DNA of 64,000 nucleotides, from contig OY771555.1 in NCBI GenBank assembly GCA_963674785.1, positions 96,001-160,000 on the forward strand, in the 5' to 3' direction. The notes beneath the pieces are model-generated. The model was given only the letters and a program-made list of their open reading frames with translations. It was not told where the DNA came from and made no database searches. A program made the position numbers and the translations under genes. The number at the start of each line of letters is the position of its first letter. Within the stretch, counting starts at the first letter, position 1. Source of the DNA: Caldisericia bacterium. Its GTDB lineage: Bacteria > Caldisericota > Caldisericia > JAAYUI01. Of this stretch, positions 40,493 to 50,485 are shown one piece after another.

Positions 40493-41134
40493 TCAGCCCT
40501 CTTTAAATGGATTGAATTCTTTTTCTTCTGTTTGCTTCAATCTTTCTATCAAATCATTGCTCGAATCAATTTTTCGTTTTGTTGTTTTTATTTCTGCATC
40601 AGGGTCTTTTTCGAAGCTTTCAAGAAGCCATAATGTTTCCCACATAAGATGTTTGCTTTCACCAATTGCAGTGTATGTATCTAAAAATGATGTTTTCTGC
40701 TCCAAATAATAAGTATCATCCTTATCAATATCAGTTGATTTAACAGACATAGTCAATGATCTGAATTCGGTATAAATCATAAGGTAATCATTTATTCTTG
40801 AGTACCGGTTGTTTATTCTTATTAATTGTTTGCCCATACAAAATTGAAATGGCCACACAATAACAGTTTTCGAGAGCAAGCCTTTTGCTGTTATTCTGGG
40901 TTTACCAAGTTCAAAATCGAGAATCACTCTTATCCTAAAGACAAACCAGGCTATGAGAAATGTGCACCCAAATATGCCAAATAGAAGGAGTACAATTGGG
41001 GTGTTGGAGTTAAAAATATTTGTTGTGACACCGAGATAAATAAATACAAAGAATTCAAAGAAAAGAAAAAAGATAATGGCAGGATTATTCAAAAACTGCA
41101 TTCTTATTTTGATATTTCGGCTTTCCTGATTCAT
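40493..41134 (-). CDS. 2-TM membrane protein, array member 5
   Basis: NNPA-TM hairpin, LDF.L.KPRIT..G, VWPF, tail EFNPFKEG. Confidence 0.75.
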   Translation of the reverse strand: MNQESRNIKIRMQFLNNPAIIFFLFFEFFVFIYLGVTTNIFNSNTPIVLLLFGIFGCTFLIAWFVFRIRVILDFELGKPRITAKGLLSKTVIVWPFQFCMGKQLIRINNRYSRINDYLMIYTEFRSLTMSVKSTDIDKDDTYYLEQKTSFLDTYTAIGESKHLMWETLWLLESFEKDPDAEIKTTKRKIDSSNDLIERLKQTEEKEFNPFKEG

Positions 41135-41229
41135 TTACTATTCTCACTTTGTTTCATCGAAAAAGACTCGATTATAAGCAACCAAAAGAAGGCAGGGTTA
41201 TTGTTCAGTCTGCATTTTATCGTTTCCAC
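41131..41229 (-). pseudogene. Truncated remnant of an additional array paralog
   Basis: GTG start after GGGGG SD; VETIKCRLNNNPAFFWLLIIES.. resembles N-termini of members 5/6 and stops after 32 aa. Confidence 0.55.
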
Positions 41230-41237
41230 TGTTCCCC

Positions 41238-41864
41238 CTATTCGTCCTCAACAAATGGTGACTCATAAAATTCTTCCTCAGCATTGTGCTCAATCTTTGA
41301 GGGTGTGATATTTGTCTTTTTGACATTGAGCTCATTTGTTTTCCAGTCTTCGATTTTTGAAAACAATTCATTCAATCGATATTCATTGTTTCCAACAACA
41401 TACAACGAATCTAAAATACTTGGATTTATCTTTTGCTGCAAATCTGAATCTAGTTCTTCAAGCAAAACCTTAGAAACAATTTTGAAAACGAATGAATTTC
41501 TAGAAAAAACAGCAAAATGCACATGAGATACTGCGCGTTTCATATATACTCTATTTTCTGATCCCCTTTTATACGAAAACGGCCAAACAAGAATGCTTTT
41601 TGAACTTTTTCCAGCAAAAGTCAAACGTGGTTTGGAAAGTGAAAAATCAAGCGTAAGTACAACTTTAAAGTTCAAATACCCAAGATAAAATACTGCAATA
41701 AACAAGGCAATAACAAAGACAGTCAAAACTGAAGGTTTATAAAATATGCTGAATTTTGTATAAACACCGAAAACAAAAAAGACGAAAATCTCAATCGCGA
41801 GAAATATCTTTAACGCGAAACCATTTCTGAGTTCCACTTCTATTCTATAATCTTTGTCGGTCAT
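41238..41864 (-). CDS. 2-TM membrane protein, array member 4
   Basis: TM hairpin, LDFSLSKPRLTFAG, VWPF, tail YESPFVEDE. Confidence 0.75.
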   Translation of the reverse strand: MTDKDYRIEVELRNGFALKIFLAIEIFVFFVFGVYTKFSIFYKPSVLTVFVIALFIAVFYLGYLNFKVVLTLDFSLSKPRLTFAGKSSKSILVWPFSYKRGSENRVYMKRAVSHVHFAVFSRNSFVFKIVSKVLLEELDSDLQQKINPSILDSLYVVGNNEYRLNELFSKIEDWKTNELNVKKTNITPSKIEHNAEEEFYESPFVEDE

Positions 41865-42460
41865 TATTCCTCACCCACAAACGGATTTTCAAAAACGAAA
41901 TCCTTTTCATCAACTTCTACATTATCTGATTCGGTTTTCGGCTGTTCCTTTGCCTTCAGTTTATCATAAAGGTTCCACACAAAATCTGGGTATGGCTTTA
42001 TGTTGATTATCATTTTGCTATCTTTCTGCCTTATCAGTGATTCTGTCTGAACTCCTTCAATTATTTGATTTGGAGGAAGCCTTTCGAAAAAACAAAATCG
42101 TCGATTTTCTGAATCAGTGATTGCAAGCCTGAAATATACTCCCTCATCTCTTCTTGCAACAATTATCATTTTCCCTTCAAAACGATACGGATAATCTATC
42201 TTTGCTTTAAGAAACCTTCCATTTATGGTGATGTTTAGATCTTTTGAAGTAACTTCCAATTTCACATTGATCAGTTGCAATACTGCATAAATCACATAAA
42301 TCAGCAGAACCGATAAAATCACAATTGCATATATCAATCCATCATCAACATTTGCAAAAATCATAATGATTATTGCTAGAATAAAAACTGCAAAAAACGA
42401 GCAACCAACAAATTTATTCGCTGCCAAAGAATAATTGAAATTACCAGTTTGTTCTTTCAT
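41864..42460 (-). CDS. 2-TM membrane protein, array member 3
   Basis: TM hairpin, YFRLAITD...FFER, NIKPYP..VWNLY, tail ENPFVGEE. Confidence 0.75.
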   Translation of the reverse strand: MKEQTGNFNYSLAANKFVGCSFFAVFILAIIIMIFANVDDGLIYAIVILSVLLIYVIYAVLQLINVKLEVTSKDLNITINGRFLKAKIDYPYRFEGKMIIVARRDEGVYFRLAITDSENRRFCFFERLPPNQIIEGVQTESLIRQKDSKMIINIKPYPDFVWNLYDKLKAKEQPKTESDNVEVDEKDFVFENPFVGEE

Positions 42461-42468
42461 TTATCGGA

Positions 42469-43056
42469 TTATTCCTCAAAAGGTGAATCAATTTCAGAAG
42501 CTTTTCGTTTTCCAATATTTTTGCATTCTGGGTGTTTTTCTAGTTCCTGGTAGATTTGCCAGAGAGTGCTTGGGAAGGGCTTAATATTTTCATTTATTCC
42601 GAGTAACCATTTTTCTGTATTTGAAAGTATCTTAATGCCTTTCATCTCGGAGATTTCATTTTCAATTTTTTCATAAAAGCTGTGCTTTATTCCAGCTGAA
42701 TCATAAAAAACAATTTTGAAATACATCATTGATTGATATTGGTTTTGCATCACTGGGAGAACACAAGCATCGTATTTAAAAGGATTTTTCAAATCATGTT
42801 TCGTTCCTGAATAGTCAATGTGTAAAGTGCAGCACGATTCAGAAACATTCATTGATAAAACTGTCTTATACATTCCAGGCAAAAAAAGAATAATAATGCT
42901 AGCAACAAAAAGCAAAATCCCGATAATTATAAAAACAATCATCGCATCAAAGGGCAACACACCAATAATTATTGAGAAAAAACCAACGCATATAAGAACT
43001 AGTGTTAGCTTTGTCCTCCTTGCACCATCATCAAAATTACCTTCAATTTTTTTCAT
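42469..43056 (-). CDS. 2-TM membrane protein, array member 2
   Basis: MKKIEGNFD, MYFK, FYEKI, ENIKPFPSTLWQIYQELEKHPECKNIG, tail DSPFEE. Confidence 0.78.
   Translation of the reverse strand: MKKIEGNFDDGARRTKLTLVLICVGFFSIIIGVLPFDAMIVFIIIGILLFVASIIILFLPGMYKTVLSMNVSESCCTLHIDYSGTKHDLKNPFKYDACVLPVMQNQYQSMMYFKIVFYDSAGIKHSFYEKIENEISEMKGIKILSNTEKWLLGINENIKPFPSTLWQIYQELEKHPECKNIGKRKASEIDSPFEE
42512..42592. repeat. Short direct repeat shared with 43108-43188 (C-termini of array members 1 and 2)
   Basis: Both encode KPFPSTLWxIYQELEKHPECKNIG with similar DNA. Confidence 0.8.
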
Positions 43057-43064
43057 AACTACAC

Positions 43065-43664
43065 TCACTCCACAAATGGTGTGTCAGTCTCTGTATCTTT
43101 TTTCTCCCCAATATTTTTACATTCGGGGTGTTTTTCTAATTCCTGATAGATTTCCCACAGGGTGCTTGGGAAAGGCTTTAGGTTTTCAATCCTTCCTGAT
43201 GGTTGGTATGGAACATCCTTTGGATTCATAATAATTGGAATGTTTTTACCTCTGTAAGAATCATCATCTATTCTCTCGTAGAAATGTAAATCCCTGCCTT
43301 TATTGTCAAACATAGAGAGTTCAAAATACATCTGAGATCTATATTTATTATTAACAAGCGGGAGCATTCTTGCTTTGTATTTGGTCACAAAAATGATTTT
43401 ATCAGAAGTTGCATACTTGATACCGAGCTTTAGGATACCATTTACATTGTTAAAATATAGCCTAATCGTGATTAGCCCTTTTTTAAAAAGAACAAAAAAC
43501 GATACAAAGTATGAGATAGCTGCACAAACATAAAAAAATGTTGAAGCATATCTGATAATGTCAAACCCTATCCATATAAAAAAACCTGGAACTGGAAACC
43601 CAAGCAATAAAAACATCCCCAACCTTACAGGCATGTTGTCAAAAATACCATCAATTTTTTTCAT
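43065..43664 (-). CDS. 2-TM membrane protein, array member 1
   Basis: MKKIDGIFD, MYFE, FYERI, ENLKPFPSTLWEIYQELEKHPECKNIG, tail DTPFVE; SD GGAGGAG. Confidence 0.78.
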   Translation of the reverse strand: MKKIDGIFDNMPVRLGMFLLLGFPVPGFFIWIGFDIIRYASTFFYVCAAISYFVSFFVLFKKGLITIRLYFNNVNGILKLGIKYATSDKIIFVTKYKARMLPLVNNKYRSQMYFELSMFDNKGRDLHFYERIDDDSYRGKNIPIIMNPKDVPYQPSGRIENLKPFPSTLWEIYQELEKHPECKNIGEKKDTETDTPFVE

Positions 43665-43854
43665 GTCTTGTAAACTCCTCCATATACTTTAACACACAAT
43701 AAGAAAAATAATTTAAGTAAGAAACAGTTAGAGTTTACAAATTAATCAAAAACTGCGCTTTTCTGATTTGAAAGATTTTCCCTGACCACTAGGGAAAGCA
43801 AATGGAGTTTCGGTTGCTCCGAAGGCTTTGAAGATTTCCGTACAATGTTTAATA

Positions 43855-44943
43855 CTACTGTGCTAACTCTTTATTCTTTGTTTTTTGGACTATTTTGAGA
43901 CCAAATTCACTCAAAACTTCATTCATTGAACTAATCGATCCGGAAGTTTTAAAATGACTCCATACATAAAATTCTGCTTCGATGTTTATTTCTCCAAACT
44001 CCTTTTGAATAAAAGGGTTCTCACTATTTAGCTCAGGTAAATATTTCGGGGAATCCTCACCAATATTTCTTTGCCATATCAACAACGCTAGTTTTCTGTA
44101 TGTCTCCCATATCTTGATAAACTTATCAAAACTTATCGGCGATTCGAAGATTAGGTTGCGAATATCATACAATCTATGAGTTACATTATCTCTCAGCTTA
44201 TCTTTATAACCTTTGAACTTTTCATAAGTATCTTTTATTCCATCTTCTTCAGTAGGCAAAAGCGATTCAATTCTACATGTTATTGGTTTCTTTTGCCAAC
44301 TAATACTTGGCTTCTTTTTATCTTTGATCTCCTTTACCCTTACACAAAAAACATCAAGAAAAGAATGAATTCTGAAAATGAAAACTCTGTTATTGACATA
44401 TTGAAGTTTTGAAAGAGTATTAATAGTCTTATTTTTTAATGCATTTTTTTTATGGTCTTTTTTGTCTCGATTTGACTCATTTTCAAGTTGTTTTGATAAA
44501 ATATCTAACCTTTTTGTCAAAAGCTCAAATTTCTTAAAAGCAATACCAGCATCATCCAACGCAATTTTCTCAGGACAAAAAGGATTAATTATTACATACA
44601 AATCTTTATTAATATTCATCTTTCGAAGTTGAACTGGCATCTCACAATTAGGAATGTTAGGGCTTTCCCGGACAAGAATTTCATAATTGGACTTTATAAA
44701 ATCCAATGTAAGAAGTACATTTTTATCAATAACCTCGAGGGATTTTTCATAAATCTCGCGAATTGGAACTTTTGGTCTAATGTATTTTGAATATTGGGAT
44801 ATAAATGAGTTATGTTTCTTTACATATTTCAAAAACAGTTTTCTATCAACGTCTATCTCTTTATACAAGAATTGCTCTAAATCTTTGTGTTGTTTTTCAG
44901 ATACACAAAAAATGATACGTAATAAATCACAATAATTTGACAA
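43855..44943 (-). CDS. Hypothetical AT-rich protein with HEPN-like R-x4-H motif (candidate RNase)
   Basis: Helical K/I-rich protein with KLRDNVTHR; reading frame stays open upstream to 45012. Confidence 0.55.
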   Translation of the reverse strand: MSNYCDLLRIIFCVSEKQHKDLEQFLYKEIDVDRKLFLKYVKKHNSFISQYSKYIRPKVPIREIYEKSLEVIDKNVLLTLDFIKSNYEILVRESPNIPNCEMPVQLRKMNINKDLYVIINPFCPEKIALDDAGIAFKKFELLTKRLDILSKQLENESNRDKKDHKKNALKNKTINTLSKLQYVNNRVFIFRIHSFLDVFCVRVKEIKDKKKPSISWQKKPITCRIESLLPTEEDGIKDTYEKFKGYKDKLRDNVTHRLYDIRNLIFESPISFDKFIKIWETYRKLALLIWQRNIGEDSPKYLPELNSENPFIQKEFGEINIEAEFYVWSHFKTSGSISSMNEVLSEFGLKIVQKTKNKELAQ

Positions 44944-44989
44944 TACCTGTAGGCTTTCAATTGCTTTTTCCCTGTCAAAAGCCTTTTCC

Positions 44990-45616
44990 TTAATACAAAA
45001 CCTCTTTTTTCTTCAAAATGTCTTTGACTCTCTGGAGTCGGGAGAGGTTGGCGCGTTCTGCTTCGTCAAGTTTCCCCTGGATAGAGCGAACTTCTGTTTC
45101 AAGTTTTGGCACCATGACGTGTTCAAGTGCATTGACACGTCTTCGAGTTTTTTGAATTTCGAGTGCAAGCTCGCGCATAGAGGACTCAAGCTCTGCAACC
45201 TTTATAATGCGAGGGATTAGCTCTTTATAGCTCGTCAGTGCCCTCATTGCCCCCGCCGTTGCGGTTTGTGGTGGCAGTGCAGTGTCGGGTTCAAACTCTT
45301 CAAGCTCAAGAGTAGGAAGGACGAGAGTCATGACTCTTTTTTCACCCCTGCTGACCTTGAGGTTACTTGTTTTTGTGAAACCACCATATTTGAGGAAAGG
45401 AAGACTCGCCGACTGAACAGCAAATCTTGCTTGTGCAAGCAGAAGCTCTGATGTGAAGAGTCTTTTTTCTTCCTTGTACTCTTTTGCAATCACAAGGAAT
45501 TCAGCCATGACCGCTTCAAGTTTGTCCTTCAAAAGCTTCAAGCCTTTGCTGGCCTGCTTATGGAGCCTTTTTCTTTTGAAAAGCTCCATTCTGTTTGCTG
45601 GCAAATTGAGAGACAC
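44990..45616 (-). CDS. ntpD: V/A-type ATP synthase subunit D
   Basis: ANRMEL...G.KLLKDK, EIQKTRRRVNALEHV. Confidence 0.95.
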   Translation of the reverse strand: MSLNLPANRMELFKRKRLHKQASKGLKLLKDKLEAVMAEFLVIAKEYKEEKRLFTSELLLAQARFAVQSASLPFLKYGGFTKTSNLKVSRGEKRVMTLVLPTLELEEFEPDTALPPQTATAGAMRALTSYKELIPRIIKVAELESSMRELALEIQKTRRRVNALEHVMVPKLETEVRSIQGKLDEAERANLSRLQRVKDILKKKEVLY

Positions 45617-45623
45617 TTTGCTA

Positions 45624-46988
45624 TTACTCCGTCATATACTCTTCAACAAGACTTGATTTAATTCTCTTGAGTTGTGCTTTTGGAAGGAGTTTTAATAAAT
45701 CCCAGCCTATGTCTAATGTCTCAATGACATTTCGGTTTTCTGTTTCTTTCTGGGCAACAAATCTTTTTTCAAATTCGTCTGCAAATCTGACGTGTGCAAT
45801 GTCATCATATGAGAGTGCAGATTCACCAAGGATTACAGCAAGCTCTCTTGCGTCACGTCCCCTTGCATATGATGCAAAGAGTTGTGATGAAACAGCAGCA
45901 TGATCCTTTCGAGTTTTTTCATCCCCAATCCCCTTATCACGAAGACGAGAAAGTGATGGAAGAACGTCGATTGGCGGATAAACACCCGAACGTTCAAGCG
46001 ACCTTGAAAGGATGATTTGTCCTTCTGTGATGTATCCTGTGAGGTCTGGGATTGGGTGGGTTTTATCATCATCTGGCATGGTGAGGATTGGCATCTGTGT
46101 AATTGAACCCTTTGTGCCTTCGATTCGTCCTGCACGCTCGTAGAGTGTTGCAAGGTCTGTGTACATATAACCAGGATAGCCACGTCTTCCAGGAATCTCT
46201 CTTCTTGCAGCACCAATCTCTCGGAGTGCTTCGCAATAGTTTGTCATGTCGGTCATGATGACAAGTACATGATGACCAAGCTCATATGCGAGATATTCAG
46301 ATGTTGTAAGTGCCATTCGAGGGATTGCAATTCGCTCAATTACAGGGTCTGATGCGAGGTTGATAAACATGACAGCATGTGAGTCAGCACCGGTTTCTCT
46401 GAAGTTTTTAAGGAAGAAATCAGCTTCTTCAAATGTTACACCAAGGGCTGCAAAAACAACTGAGAATTCCTCACCACCACGGATACTTGCCTGTCTTGCA
46501 ATCTGTGAGGCAATTCTGGCATGTGGAAGTCCAGCCCCTGAAAATATTGGAAGTTTCTGGCCACGAACCAGGGAGTTAAGTCCATCGATTGCAGAGATTC
46601 CAGTGTTGATGAATTCATTTGGATAAGCTCTTGAAACAGGATTTAATGGGAATCCATTGATTGAGACTTTCTTTTTTGGGATTGGCGCAGGAAGTCCATC
46701 TTTTGGTCTTCCAAGTCCATCAAACACTCGACCAATCATGTCAGGGGTCAAGCTCATCTCAAGTGGTTTTCCAGTAAATTGAACTTTTGTTTTTCCAGGA
46801 TTTATATCTGATGTTCCTTCAAAAACCTGAAGGAGAGCAAGGTCGTGTGAGGTTTCAAGAACCTGAGCATGGCGAACTTCTCCAGATGGAAGTGTGATTT
46901 TTGCAACTTCACCAAAGGGAATATCACCACAATCGGTTACAAGCAAAAGTGGTCCAACAACTTCTTTTGTTGTTAAGTATTCTCTCAT
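45624..46988 (-). CDS. ntpB: V/A-type ATP synthase subunit B
   Basis: [45 protein letters not shown]. Confidence 0.98.
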   Translation of the reverse strand: MREYLTTKEVVGPLLLVTDCGDIPFGEVAKITLPSGEVRHAQVLETSHDLALLQVFEGTSDINPGKTKVQFTGKPLEMSLTPDMIGRVFDGLGRPKDGLPAPIPKKKVSINGFPLNPVSRAYPNEFINTGISAIDGLNSLVRGQKLPIFSGAGLPHARIASQIARQASIRGGEEFSVVFAALGVTFEEADFFLKNFRETGADSHAVMFINLASDPVIERIAIPRMALTTSEYLAYELGHHVLVIMTDMTNYCEALREIGAARREIPGRRGYPGYMYTDLATLYERAGRIEGTKGSITQMPILTMPDDDKTHPIPDLTGYITEGQIILSRSLERSGVYPPIDVLPSLSRLRDKGIGDEKTRKDHAAVSSQLFASYARGRDARELAVILGESALSYDDIAHVRFADEFEKRFVAQKETENRNVIETLDIGWDLLKLLPKAQLKRIKSSLVEEYMTE

Positions 46989-48724
46989 CTTGAACCTCCA
47001 ATGCTATCGAGTGCTTTGTCCACTTTTTCAAGAAGTGCTGTAAAGAACTCACCTGATGGTTCGGCAGCTGTTTTTGCTGTTGAAATCTCGGCATGAATAT
47101 CAAGCTTCATGAAGTTCTTGAAATCGTCATCATCTTTGACAACCCTTGCTGCACCCTCATAAAGCTTTGTTACACATCTGAGCAAGTTCAACTGCTTTTC
47201 AGGAGTTGAATAGGTATCATCGGACATAAATGCGTTCTGTTGAAGGAAATCTTCACGGATTGAACGTGCATATTCGATTGTGAGTTTTTGACCAGGTGAC
47301 AGAGCATCTTGTCCAACAAGTCTTACAATCTCTTCAAGGTGAGATTCCTCGTCAAGGATGGCCATGATTTTCTTTCTTATCTCTGTCCAGTCAGCACCAA
47401 TGTTTTCATCCAGGTATGGCCCAACATCTTCAGCATAGAGCGAATACGAGTTCAGCCAGTTGATTGACGGGAAATGCCTCTTGTAAGCAAGCTGTGAATC
47501 AAGCGCCCAGAAGACTTTTACAGCTCGTAGTGTTGCCTGAACAACTGGTTCCGAAAGGTCACCACCGGGAGGCGAAACCGCACCAATCATGGTAAGTGAG
47601 CCTTTACGTTCAGGTTTACCAAGGCATTTCACATATCCAGCTCGCTCATAAAATGATGCAATTCGTGATGCAAGATAAGCGGGGAATCCTTCTTCTCCCG
47701 GCATCTCCTCTAGACGACCTGAGATTTCACGCATAGCCTCTGCCCATCTTGAGGTAGAATCAGCCATAAGGGCGACATTATATCCCATGTCACGGTAATA
47801 TTGAGCAATTGCAGAACCTGAGAAAACCGATGCTTCACGAGCTGCAACTGGCATATTTGATGTGTTTGCGATAAGAACAGTTCGTTCCATGAGTGGAGTT
47901 CCTGTTTTTGGGTCAATTAGTTCTGGGAATTCATTGAGAACATCTGTCATTTCATTCCCACGTTCACCACAACCAACATAAACAATGATGTCAGCATCTG
48001 CCCACTTTGCGAGCTGGTGCTGGACTACAGTTTTTCCAGAACCAAAAGGCCCTGGAACACAAGCTGTTCCGCCTCGAGAGATTGGGAAGAGCATATCAAG
48101 AATTCTTTGGCCTGTGATCATTGGAATTGTTGGTGAGAGTCTTTCTGAAACTGGTTTTGTGTGTCTAACAGCCCATCTATTGGCAAGTTTTAAGTCCTGG
48201 TCACCGACTTTTGCAATTGGCTCAGTGACTGTAAAACTTCCTGCAGAAAGTCCGGTGAGTTTTCCACTCATTCCAGGTGGAACCATGATGTAGTGTTTTA
48301 CCACCTTTGATTCCTGAACCCATCCAACAACATCACCTGGGTTTACTTCATCAGGAATATTATCAACAGGTGTAAAGTCCCACTTTTTTTCAGTATCGAG
48401 TGATTCCTCAGAAACACCACGTGCAATGAAATCACCATATTTTTTTTGAAGAACAGGAAGTGGTCTTCCGATTCCATCATAGATTGAGCCAATAAGTCCA
48501 GGTCCCATCATAATTGAAAGTGGAAGCCCTGTACATGTAACAGATTCACCTGGTTTAAGTCCCTCAGTATCCTCATAAACCTGTATTGAACAAACACCTG
48601 ATTTCATCTGGATTATCTCACCAAACAACCCGCTATCACCAACCCTTACAAGCTCATACATCCTTGCTTCTGGTAAGGAATCTGCTTCGACCAATGGCCC
48701 TGAAATTCTTACTATGCGACCCAT
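46985..48724 (-). CDS. ntpA: V/A-type ATP synthase subunit A
   Basis: [42 protein letters not shown]. Confidence 0.98.
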   Translation of the reverse strand: MGRIVRISGPLVEADSLPEARMYELVRVGDSGLFGEIIQMKSGVCSIQVYEDTEGLKPGESVTCTGLPLSIMMGPGLIGSIYDGIGRPLPVLQKKYGDFIARGVSEESLDTEKKWDFTPVDNIPDEVNPGDVVGWVQESKVVKHYIMVPPGMSGKLTGLSAGSFTVTEPIAKVGDQDLKLANRWAVRHTKPVSERLSPTIPMITGQRILDMLFPISRGGTACVPGPFGSGKTVVQHQLAKWADADIIVYVGCGERGNEMTDVLNEFPELIDPKTGTPLMERTVLIANTSNMPVAAREASVFSGSAIAQYYRDMGYNVALMADSTSRWAEAMREISGRLEEMPGEEGFPAYLASRIASFYERAGYVKCLGKPERKGSLTMIGAVSPPGGDLSEPVVQATLRAVKVFWALDSQLAYKRHFPSINWLNSYSLYAEDVGPYLDENIGADWTEIRKKIMAILDEESHLEEIVRLVGQDALSPGQKLTIEYARSIREDFLQQNAFMSDDTYSTPEKQLNLLRCVTKLYEGAARVVKDDDDFKNFMKLDIHAEISTAKTAAEPSGEFFTALLEKVDKALDSIGGSR

Positions 48725-49071
48725 TATCTTTTCTCTTTCCCGAGAAGATCAACACCAACAGCCTCCGTTACAAGCTTTCGTAAAGCTTTCCAGGCAGGAT
48801 CTTCTTCGCTAAAACCTGATGGCAAAACAAGCACAACAGGACCTGTGAGCCCTGATGATTCAATATTATCTTTCAATTGGTCAGCAATATCCTCAGAAAT
48901 CAGGATTATCGCCACCTCTTTATCATTCAGATATTTGTCAAATTCAGTTTCAATTTCATCTTTTTTCGGAGAAACAACCTCTGCACCCATATACCCCCAA
49001 GGCGAAACCTGAAGCGAGTTTCCAAATGCCACCATCTTGCTTCTTTTATTTTTTGTCTGCTCAGGAGGCAT
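48724..49071 (-). CDS. ntpF: V/A-type ATP synthase subunit F
   Basis: AIILISE.IA, P.VLVLP, AVGVDL; position between C and A; SD GGAGGA before ATG 49071. Confidence 0.85.
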   Translation of the reverse strand: MPPEQTKNKRSKMVAFGNSLQVSPWGYMGAEVVSPKKDEIETEFDKYLNDKEVAIILISEDIADQLKDNIESSGLTGPVVLVLPSGFSEEDPAWKALRKLVTEAVGVDLLGKEKR

Positions 49072-49996
49072 ATGTCCTCCTATAGGCACTCTCAAGCTCT
49101 TCAGGTGGAATTGCAACCATGGCACCCGCAATCAACATCGCAGCATTCCTAAATTCACGCTCAAGTTCCCAGAGATAACCAAATACAACCTCGGGGCCAG
49201 CTGGAATCAGTCTTGACTCAACTATTACATCAAACAATCTCTCATCAAGTTTCTTCTCTATTTCATACATATCGGATGTATGAATACCGAGATTCCTTCC
49301 AACGGTTTCAAGGTCAGTATCGGAGCGAAGATTCAGGTTTCCTCCCGGGAGTCCTCTGTAAGTACCATCACGTAAACCGGCACTTATAAGCAATCTTACA
49401 TCCAATGTATCAACCCAATAACCCAAGATTTTTTTGAAATATGGAAGTTTTGCGAACCTTGATGCTGATAAAAGATCGATCATGGTTTTTGACATTAATC
49501 TTCGGGCATTCCCAACCAACTCAAATTCATAGAGTCTTTTTGCCTTTGTAACAACATCTACGAGCTCAGATGGTAAATCAGAAATTTCACCGGATTCGCA
49601 AAATTTTGCTGTAACCGGTACAAGTGCATCAGTTATTATTGCGCCCTCAAGAACCGCTTGTACCTGCTCAACCCCTCTTGGGAATTGGAAATAGTATGCA
49701 AGGTCGGGTGAACCACACTCTTCAGCCATCTTCTGGGATACTTCGTAAAGATGTGTATTTGCTTGAAAAGAGAAGGTTTCGGGATTTCCATCAAACCAGG
49801 TGAAGGTTTCCTCAATAACAGCTACCCGATTTTTTGATGCAAGATTTCTGAATCTTAAAAAATCAGACTCCGCAAGCAACCTAGTCTCCAAAACCTTGAT
49901 TCTTGCTGATGTATATCTAAATTCCTCAGGATCAGGATTTGGTAAGGATGGCAACGAACTCATCTGCATCATCATCCACAACCCTCCTGCATTCAT
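49061..49996 (-). CDS. ntpC: V/A-type ATP synthase subunit C (d), divergent
   Basis: YTSARIKVLETRLL, GPEVVFGYLWELERE.RN. Confidence 0.85.
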   Translation of the reverse strand: MNAGGLWMMMQMSSLPSLPNPDPEEFRYTSARIKVLETRLLAESDFLRFRNLASKNRVAVIEETFTWFDGNPETFSFQANTHLYEVSQKMAEECGSPDLAYYFQFPRGVEQVQAVLEGAIITDALVPVTAKFCESGEISDLPSELVDVVTKAKRLYEFELVGNARRLMSKTMIDLLSASRFAKLPYFKKILGYWVDTLDVRLLISAGLRDGTYRGLPGGNLNLRSDTDLETVGRNLGIHTSDMYEIEKKLDERLFDVIVESRLIPAGPEVVFGYLWELEREFRNAAMLIAGAMVAIPPEELESAYRRTYAS

Positions 49997-50483
49997 CCAC
50001 GAGATCTAATACTTCATTGTATCCTGTGGTTTCAAAGACAATTTGGTAATCATTTGCCTCAGAACTTATCACCAGATTCTGTTTCTTTGCAATTTCAGGA
50101 ATCTCAGGTATTGATTCAGAAATCCTTACTCCAACTCGAATATTCCCATCTTTGCATCCAGAAACCCAATCCCTGATATGGTTTCTAACATCAGAATCGG
50201 AAAGCAATATTTCGGCTGATTTCACTGTAAGAGAATCAAGAGCATGATGAATTACACGAAGATTGCTTGCTTTTTCCAGTGAGTTTAACTGGGCTTCTTT
50301 TGAGGAAGCTAAAATCTCTCTTTTTTTGGCAAATTCACGAGAAATTAATTCTTTCTTCTCGGTTATCATTTTCTCATTATCGGAGGTTATTTTTGCAATC
50401 TGCTGTTTTGCCAATGAGAGGATTTTTTCAGCTTCGAGCCGTGCCTCATCCTTAATGAGTTCAATCAGAGACTCTTTGCTCAT
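49932..50483 (-). CDS. ntpE: V/A-type ATP synthase subunit E, divergent
   Basis: LIELIKDEARLEAEKIL coiled coil; operon position. Confidence 0.8.
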   Translation of the reverse strand: MSKESLIELIKDEARLEAEKILSLAKQQIAKITSDNEKMITEKKELISREFAKKREILASSKEAQLNSLEKASNLRVIHHALDSLTVKSAEILLSDSDVRNHIRDWVSGCKDGNIRVGVRISESIPEIPEIAKKQNLVISSEANDYQIVFETTGYNEVLDLVDECRRVVDDDADEFVAILTKS

Positions 50484-50485
50484 TT

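Noticed and set aside
43740-43850. c-di-GMP riboswitch or tRNA fragment
   Set aside because: Only isolated motifs in the wrong order; no cloverleaf
39985-43855. Integron cassette array
   Set aside because: Genes abut or overlap with no room for attC sites, and no integrase is visible
44990-45020. Programmed -1 frameshift fusing ntpD to the HEPN-like ORF at the A-run
   Set aside because: The downstream frame is +1 and the AAA AAG codons are not in the ntpD frame
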